From contig JBEKDT010000021.1 of the NCBI GenBank assembly GCA_050014195.1, positions 1 through 64,000 of the forward strand: a stretch of DNA of 64,000 nucleotides, in the 5' to 3' direction. Below are positions 58,010-64,000 of this stretch, one piece after another (position 1 is the first letter of the stretch; the number at the start of each line of letters is the position of its first letter). This DNA comes from Desulfomonilia bacterium (lineage in GTDB: Bacteria; Desulfobacterota; Desulfomonilia; UBA1062). The notes under the pieces are model-generated. The model searched no databases. It worked only from the letters and a program-made list of their open reading frames with translations, and had not been told where the DNA came from. The position numbers and the translations under genes are program-made.

Positions 58010-58858
58010 CTATATCAGGAGTGAAGTCACGACATAGTCCGCAACCAGGATAAGCATGCAGGAGGTCACGACGGCCGAGGTGGTGGAAAGGCCGACGGCC
58101 TTGGCCCCATGGCTGTCGGAGCGTATGTGTGCGAAATAGCCGTGAAAGCAGCAGACCGTAGAGACGATTCCCGCAAAGACGAATGCCTTTATGAAGCCTT
58201 CCGTGATATCCTTCATATCGAGGCTCGCCTGTACCCGGTGAAAATAGGTTCCGGCATTCACGCCCAGCAGCAGTACCCCCGAGATATATCCGTCCATGAT
58301 GCCGACGAGGGCGAAGACGGCGGTGAGCAGGGGAAAGCCGATGATGGAGGCGGTGATCCTCGGGCTGATGAGGTATGCGGGCGGGTCGATACGCATGGTG
58401 TGCAGGGCGTCGATCTGCTCGGAGATGCGCAGGATGCCGACCTCTGCCGTGATGGCGGAACCCGCCCTGGCCGTAATCATGATGGCCGTGAGCACCGGCC
58501 CCAGTTCCCTCACCAGAGACAGCGCCACCAGGGTGCCGACCGCTCCCTGCGCACCGAATTTGACCAGTGCGTAGTAGGACTGGAGGCCAAGGACCATGCC
58601 GGTGAACAGGCCCACGAGGATGATGATCGCCGTGGACCTCGCCCCGATGTAATAGAGCTGTTGAATTCCCTTGGACAATTGATCGTACCGGAAGATCTTC
58701 ATCAGGGCAAGAATGAGGAAAATGGCTGAGGCGCCCAGATTGTCGATCCAGGCGATCACCGCCTTTCCGACTGCGGCAAACGGCTGCGACAAAAGTGTGG
58801 CCGGCTGCAGACCTGCCTCGTTTCCCGTACTGCCACGATCATGTGCGGTAAGCGCCAT
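58010..58858 (-). CDS. mlaE: MlaE ABC permease
   Basis: RELGPVLTA, RAGSAITAE, EQIDAL, STTSAVV. Confidence 0.92.
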   Translation of the reverse strand: MALTAHDRGSTGNEAGLQPATLLSQPFAAVGKAVIAWIDNLGASAIFLILALMKIFRYDQLSKGIQQLYYIGARSTAIIILVGLFTGMVLGLQSYYALVKFGAQGAVGTLVALSLVRELGPVLTAIMITARAGSAITAEVGILRISEQIDALHTMRIDPPAYLISPRITASIIGFPLLTAVFALVGIMDGYISGVLLLGVNAGTYFHRVQASLDMKDITEGFIKAFVFAGIVSTVCCFHGYFAHIRSDSHGAKAVGLSTTSAVVTSCMLILVADYVVTSLLI

Positions 58859-58957
58859 GGATAGATTCTCCTTAGCATTTAATTAATAGCAATTTTGAAT
58901 CAAGCAAGATACGGACGAGAAAAACACCGCCCAATCGGATATAAAGAACATTTCCCT

Positions 58958-59378
58958 CATGAACATCGTGGAGTCGCTCAGGACGAGCTAATAAGGTTCA
59001 ACACAGTAAAGCATACTCCGATCATTGAGGAGTACACAGAGGGATATCTAACCACGAAGGACACGAAGGATGAAATTCTTTTGAACTCTCGACCCGGGTC
59101 CTTGGCTGTGCCACCCAGTTGTTTACCTATATGAAGTTGGCGGGTGTTAAGACAGGCCTGCTGATCAACTTCAATGTGAAGGTGCTTCGGACGGGTGTTA
59201 AGTACTTTGTCCTATGATCTCCTTCGTGCTCTTCGTGTCCTTCGTGGTGAGAACAATGCTGGGAATAGGATTCAAACCATAAAAGTATGCTTCATAGAGA
59301 AGAACCATACATAAAGACGTCCGGCGGCCCTTTGAGACCTTCATGCGTTGCCGTATTTTTCGAGGTTGGCGCTGATGA
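58958..59378 (+). repeat. Direct repeat copy 2, split by a MITE-like element
   Basis: Both halves of 52267-52371 recur, separated by about 317 bp. Confidence 0.9.
58995..59306. mobile_element. ~312-bp MITE-like element, copy 2
   Basis: GGTTC-N8-AAAGCATACT ... AGTATGCTTC-N8-GAACC termini; absent from the sister repeat copy. Confidence 0.75.
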
Positions 59379-60066
59379 CGGATCTGACCCGTTCGAGGAG
59401 GGCATCCCTGTCATCCTCCGTATAGTCTTTCGTGTCGATCGGGTCGCTGATGATGACCCTGACCATGCCGGGTTTTATCCGGTTGGCATTTTTCGGCAGC
59501 AGATCGTAGCTGCCGATGATCGTTATTGGCACGATCGGGAGCTTTGTTTTCAGTGCGAGCATCACCCCGCCTTTCTTGAATTGTTTAAGCTTTCCGTCGA
59601 GGCTCCTCGTACCCTCGGCGAAAAAAAAGGCGCTGATGCCGCCGGTAAGTTCATGCATGGCACGGTTTATGGCCTCCCTTGCGCCTTGTGCATCATCCCG
59701 GTCTATGACGATCATCCTGGCAAGCCGGATGGCGGTGCCGAACACCGGGATCCTGGTAAGCGATTTCTTCGCCACGAACCGCAGCGTATGTTCCAGCGTA
59801 TATGCAATTACCGGCGGGTCGAGATTGCTCGCATGGTTGGACATGAAGATGTATGAGTTCTCAGCCTGGAGTTTTTCTCTCCCCTCTATCCGGATCTTTA
59901 CCCGGTTGGTCTTTACGACAAGCCAGGACCACAGCCTCGCTAACTTGTACGGGATTCTTCCGGTTTTGCTGAAGGATGCGATAATGATAACCGGTATTCC
60001 GAGCATGACGGTATACAGGGCGGTTGTTGTGAGCGCCCAGGCAGCCATGAGCTTATCTGTCAGCAT
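59341..60066 (-). CDS. plsC: 1-acyl-sn-glycerol-3-phosphate acyltransferase
   Basis: NHASNLD (HX4D), FVAKKSL, IDR, FAEGTRS, FKKG. Confidence 0.92.
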   Translation of the reverse strand: MLTDKLMAAWALTTTALYTVMLGIPVIIIASFSKTGRIPYKLARLWSWLVVKTNRVKIRIEGREKLQAENSYIFMSNHASNLDPPVIAYTLEHTLRFVAKKSLTRIPVFGTAIRLARMIVIDRDDAQGAREAINRAMHELTGGISAFFFAEGTRSLDGKLKQFKKGGVMLALKTKLPIVPITIIGSYDLLPKNANRIKPGMVRVIISDPIDTKDYTEDDRDALLERVRSVISANLEKYGNA

Positions 60067-60233
60067 GGATCTCTGTATACACCACCTTCAGATATATGAA
60101 GGTAAAATTTTTGAAAAAATCAGGTTCGATTCAACCCATGATATGAGGCCGGAGAATTGATCATGAGCTGTCGGGTTCACCCTCCGAATCGATTTTGTTT
60201 GTAAAGGCTGATCTGATTCATTATCGATAGAAT

Positions 60234-60261
60234 AAAAATAAGGGAGCCTCTGTGGCTCCCT
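60234..60261 (-). terminator. Probable intrinsic terminator
   Basis: AGGGAGCC-TCTGT-GGCTCCCT hairpin, T-rich tail on the minus strand. Confidence 0.6.
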
Positions 60262-60283
60262 GTATGGAAGTTTTAAAAAGACT

Positions 60284-60508
60284 TTATACGCACAATTTCA
60301 AATCAACGATGTATGAATCCGGGGTTGTCTGGTGCCTCTCGACCCCGACCCCGACATCCAGCAATTCAAGGCCCGATGCTGTGACAGTCTTTCGAATGTC
60401 CGCGATACACTGGGTAAGCAGAGCGAAGATCCTCCTCCGTGTGCGATCGATATTAGCCTGTTGTTCGACAATTCGTTCCATGATTTCCTCTCTTTCTGCA
60501 TGAGACAC
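60284..60508 (-). CDS. Small hypothetical protein
   Basis: GTG start after GGAGGG; SHAEREEIMERIVEQQ...; followed by a terminator. Confidence 0.5.
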   Translation of the reverse strand: MSHAEREEIMERIVEQQANIDRTRRRIFALLTQCIADIRKTVTASGLELLDVGVGVERHQTTPDSYIVDLKLCV

Positions 60509-60535
60509 GATACACCCTCCACAGCGCAATACAAT

Positions 60536-60613
60536 ACAATTCGGCAAGGATAGCCGAATTGGACGCACTTTACGTGCGCCTTTCAGGGTGAGGGACATGG
60601 ATGTCCCGTATCA
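60536..60613 (-). repeat. ~77-bp palindromic insertion element (second copy of 31181-31256)
   Basis: GGACATCCATGTCCCTC...GTCCAATTCGGCTATCCT(T)GCCGAATTGT. Confidence 0.85.
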
Positions 60614-60815
60614 CACAATCCGACATGGGCCCTGGAGAAGAAGGGTGAAGGCGCTCGGGCAACTTCATACAATGCCCAGAATATCTACCAAACATTCTCT
60701 TGTTGCTTATTAAAACCGTAGTGTGCGAGTATGAAGTATTCCTTTATTACCCACCAAGAGTTCGTCACTCTCTAAAGGTTTTTTCTCTACAGAATAGAAA
60801 GGAGCATACATTCGT

Positions 60816-61283
60816 ATGGAACATAAAAAAATCGCTATGGAACATGATAAGAAGATCGCCCTTGTGGCCCACGACAACAAGAAAAAGGGCCTTGTGGAGT
60901 GGGCGAAATTTAACCGCACTCTCCTGGCACACCATAAGATATATGCCACAGGCACCACAGGCAAGATACTGGAACAGGAACTTGGCTTCAAGGTTACAAT
61001 ACTCCAAAGTGGGCCATTAGGCGGTGATCTGCAGATAGGTGCCAAGATCGCAGATTCAGAGATTGATTTCCTCATCTTTTTCTGGGACCCGCTCGAGCCG
61101 CAGCCCCATGACCCTGATGTGAAGGCCCTCCTGAGGATGGCAGTGGTATGGAACATACCCATTGCCTGCAACCGGGCCTCTGCTGATTTCATGATATCTT
61201 CTCCCTTAATGGACGGAGAGTATGATCGCCTGGTGCCTGATTATGAGGAATATCGCAATAGAGATGTATCAAGGGGTGAATAA
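60816..61283 (+). CDS. mgsA: Methylglyoxal synthase
   Basis: [41 protein letters not shown]. Confidence 0.96.
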   Translation: MEHKKIAMEHDKKIALVAHDNKKKGLVEWAKFNRTLLAHHKIYATGTTGKILEQELGFKVTILQSGPLGGDLQIGAKIADSEIDFLIFFWDPLEPQPHDPDVKALLRMAVVWNIPIACNRASADFMISSPLMDGEYDRLVPDYEEYRNRDVSRGE

Positions 61284-61357
61284 ACATTATAAAAAAGGAT
61301 TCGTCTTACGAAAGCAGTTCATCATTGATAGTAAAAAGGTCAAAAAGGAGACAGGCA

Positions 61358-61666
61358 ATGAGTATTAAGAAGCAGTTCAAAAAAGCGAGGCCGGAGTGCA
61401 AGGTTACGTTCCATTTACCGAAAGAGGCGGTGGCCTCTGCAAGAGATGTACATCTCGTCGGTGATTTTAATAATTGGGATACTCATGCTACCCCCATGAA
61501 GAAGCAGAGAGACGGCTCTTTCAGTGTCACATTGGATCTTGAGCCGGGCCATGAGTATCAGTACCGGTATCTTATTGATGCCGCCACATGGGAGAATGAC
61601 TGGGATGCGGATAAGTATGTTCCTTCTCCGCTCGGCAATACGGAAAACTCAGTAATAGTGGTTTAA
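61358..61666 (+). CDS. Isoamylase early-set / CBM48-like glycogen-binding protein
   Basis: LVGDFNNW, YQYRYLID...WEND, ENSVI. Confidence 0.9.
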   Translation: MSIKKQFKKARPECKVTFHLPKEAVASARDVHLVGDFNNWDTHATPMKKQRDGSFSVTLDLEPGHEYQYRYLIDAATWENDWDADKYVPSPLGNTENSVIVV

Positions 61667-61970
61667 AAGGAGCCGGGTAGAAAAGTCGATATAAATATTG
61701 ATTGGATATTGTGACTGCAGGTGAGTGGCACGGGCAAAGCCTGAAAGGCTTGCCCGTGTCTGTCATTGTCACCCGATGATATTACGCCCAGCCGCTGGTA
61801 AGGATTATCCGTGCGCTGGTGTGTATTCATGGGAATTCAAGGGGTACTCTTCTTGACGACAATGCCCTGTCATGTCGAGCGTAGCGAGACACGCTGGCTG
61901 AGTCATCACTGAAAAGTTCTTAGAGAAACTCATTGTTCATGTTAGCATTTTATTGCTATTTATAGATTGA

Positions 61971-62861
61971 ATGTTAAGACCAATGTTACCAGCTATAAAT
62001 GATGTTGAGGGTACCAACGTCCCCAAAACCTTGCCATTTATCATAGATTCTCATGTTCATATATTTCCTGATTCTATATTTAAAACTATTTGGAAATGGT
62101 TTGATGAATTCGCGTGGCCAATACGTTATAAATTAACATCTTATGATGTGTTGAGTTATTTATTATCGCGGGGCGTAGGTCATATTGTTGCCCTTCAATA
62201 TGCGCACAAACCAGGAATTGCCCGTGATTTAAATAATTATATGGTAAAGATCTGTCAGAAGTTCCCCGGAAATGTAACTGGGATGGCTACGGTATTTCCA
62301 GGGGAATTAGCGTGTGAAGTTATCCTGAAAGAGGCATTTGCAAATGGATTGCAGGGTGTAAAGCTTCATGCTCATGTTCAGTGCTTTGACATGAATAGTA
62401 AAGATCTGGATAAAATTTATGAAACCTGTTCATCTGCACAAAAACCGTTAATAATGCATGTCGGGAGAGAACCCAAAAGCCCTGCATACAAATGTGATCC
62501 ATATTTATTATGTGATGCAGAAAAGTTGGAGCAGGTAATCAAGAATTATCCAAAACTTAAAGTGTGTGTGCCACATTTAGGTGCAGATGAATTTTTAAAG
62601 TATAAACAACTTATTGAGAAATATGATAATCTTTGGCTTGATACTACAATGGCACTAGCCGATTATTTACCTTTGAAAAACCCTATCAAGTTAGATGAAA
62701 TGAGGTCAGATCGCATAATGTACGGATCTGATTTTCCAAACATTCCTTATGCATGGGATCGCGAGATTAAGTGGTTTGAGAAAAACAGATTATCAGATAA
62801 TTTCATAGAGTCAGTGCTAAGTAAGAATGCAGTTAATTTATTCCATCTAAAGTCAATATAA
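61971..62861 (+). CDS. Amidohydrolase family protein (AT-rich)
   Basis: IDSHVH, VKLHAH, MHVG, VPHLG, YGSDFP. Confidence 0.88.
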   Translation: MLRPMLPAINDVEGTNVPKTLPFIIDSHVHIFPDSIFKTIWKWFDEFAWPIRYKLTSYDVLSYLLSRGVGHIVALQYAHKPGIARDLNNYMVKICQKFPGNVTGMATVFPGELACEVILKEAFANGLQGVKLHAHVQCFDMNSKDLDKIYETCSSAQKPLIMHVGREPKSPAYKCDPYLLCDAEKLEQVIKNYPKLKVCVPHLGADEFLKYKQLIEKYDNLWLDTTMALADYLPLKNPIKLDEMRSDRIMYGSDFPNIPYAWDREIKWFEKNRLSDNFIESVLSKNAVNLFHLKSI

Positions 62862-63068
62862 TCAATGTAATAAACAATTATGAATCCCTTTCTCATGGGT
62901 TAAGATTATAGATCCCGACATTCACCCTGTTCCTGATAGAAAGGTGCGAACTATTTGTTATTAGGTGATATTAAAGATAATAAACATTGACACTAGACTG
63001 CCTCATGTAATATGCTTATTAATACATAATAAATTATTTTTGAATTTGCATTGCGGGGAGTGTTTCAA

Positions 63069-64000
63069 TTGTTTGCATTAACGTTTTCTATACCGCATGT
63101 CAGGGAGCCCCGTCTCTTTTTTAAGTTCACTGTTAGTAAATTGAACCTTGTCACTTGGGTAGCGGCCGTGCTTTTACTGACGCTTATTCCCATGAATGTC
63201 CTTGCTGAGAGGGTCTACCTTACCGACTACAATGGGGGTGGGTTCTATATCCGATCAGAAGAGGAAGGAGGCATGGATCTGCGCCTCGGAGGTTCGTTCT
63301 ATGTTGATTCCCGGGCATATGACGAGAGTCAGAGGGCGGATGACCGATTCGATATCCGCAGGGCACGACTTGTCTTAAACGGCCAGCTTAACCGGTGGTT
63401 CAAGTATGTTGCGGAATACGAATTCCAGGGGGATATAACCAACCACCTCGTGGATCTCTATGGAGAGTTCGACTTCAACGGAACTCAGGACCTGCGGTTC
63501 GGCCAGTTCAAGGAACCCTTCAGCCTGGAATGGCAAAGTCCCGACAAGGCGGTATTATTCGCGGAAAGGTCCATGGGGTACTTTCTCACCCCGGGACGCG
63601 ACGTGGGGATGATGTTCAACGATAGCATGAATAAGGGATCAATCTCCTATGGCATCGGGCTTTTCAACGGCAACGGCATTGGCGGCTCCCCCCGGGGAGG
63701 ATCACATGACACACCCGAAATCGCCATCAGGATTACCGCAAGACCGTTCGGCACAACGGGCATCGATATGCTGCGCAATCTCCAGCTCGGGACCTCCGCC
63801 ACCTATGCTAAGATTGATCCGGTCAATATCAATCTCAATGTCAAGAGTACCGGCATGGTCAACCTGTCTACGAGAAACCTCTATGTCCTGAACTCGAACA
63901 CGAAATTCGGCTTGATCGAGGACGTGGATTACCGCGCCCGGGGAAACATTGAAGCGGCCTGGACAAAAGGCCCTCTTGCAGTCACGGGCGAATACTACCT
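63069..64000 (+). CDS. OprO/OprP-type phosphate/anion-selective porin, 5' part (runs off window end)
   Basis: Manual translation: signal peptide ...LLLTLIPMNVLA, FDIRRARL, RFGQFKEPFSLE, FAERS, PGRDVG; start uncertain. Confidence 0.8.
   Translation, partial: MFALTFSIPHVREPRLFFKFTVSKLNLVTWVAAVLLLTLIPMNVLAERVYLTDYNGGGFYIRSEEEGGMDLRLGGSFYVDSRAYDESQRADDRFDIRRARLVLNGQLNRWFKYVAEYEFQGDITNHLVDLYGEFDFNGTQDLRFGQFKEPFSLEWQSPDKAVLFAERSMGYFLTPGRDVGMMFNDSMNKGSISYGIGLFNGNGIGGSPRGGSHDTPEIAIRITARPFGTTGIDMLRNLQLGTSATYAKIDPVNINLNVKSTGMVNLSTRNLYVLNSNTKFGLIEDVDYRARGNIEAAWTKGPLAVTGEYY

Overview
Chromosomal segment of an anaerobic Gram-negative bacterium, probably Desulfobacterota/Deltaproteobacteria-like (inferred from CheX, system II cytochrome c biogenesis, PEP-CTERM, HcpR-like regulator and selenoprotein use). 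A GC-rich core (P-II, pckG, 2-hydroxyacyl-CoA dehydratase pair, resB/ccsA, aroF, leuA, MacAB-type exporter, plsC, mgsA, tRNA-Asp) is interrupted by several AT-richer accessory patches. Highlights: (1) a HesB-like selenoprotein missed by the ORF track (in-frame UGA plus SECIS-like hairpin), next to a Cys paralog, an ArsR and a desulfurase-yedF-DUF3343 cluster; (2) a Zorya zorABC operon without zorD/zorE, preceded by a consensus sigma-54 promoter, downstream of tRNA-Asp; (3) a kamA + two ATP-grasp ligases + GNAT operon that may make an unknown beta-lysine product; (4) two integrase-free cargo insertions, each flanked by ~95-105 bp direct repeats of host gene 3' ends; (5) several REP/MITE families and a decayed attC-like cassette array; (6) a leu attenuator, a PEP-CTERM sigma-54 promoter with three enhancer boxes, an AsnB homolog with substituted catalytic motifs, an MlaF-degenerate GGDEF fusion and an mlaD nonsense pseudogene. 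No CRISPR array, integrase or transposase was seen. All family calls come from reading motifs by eye; no searches were run.
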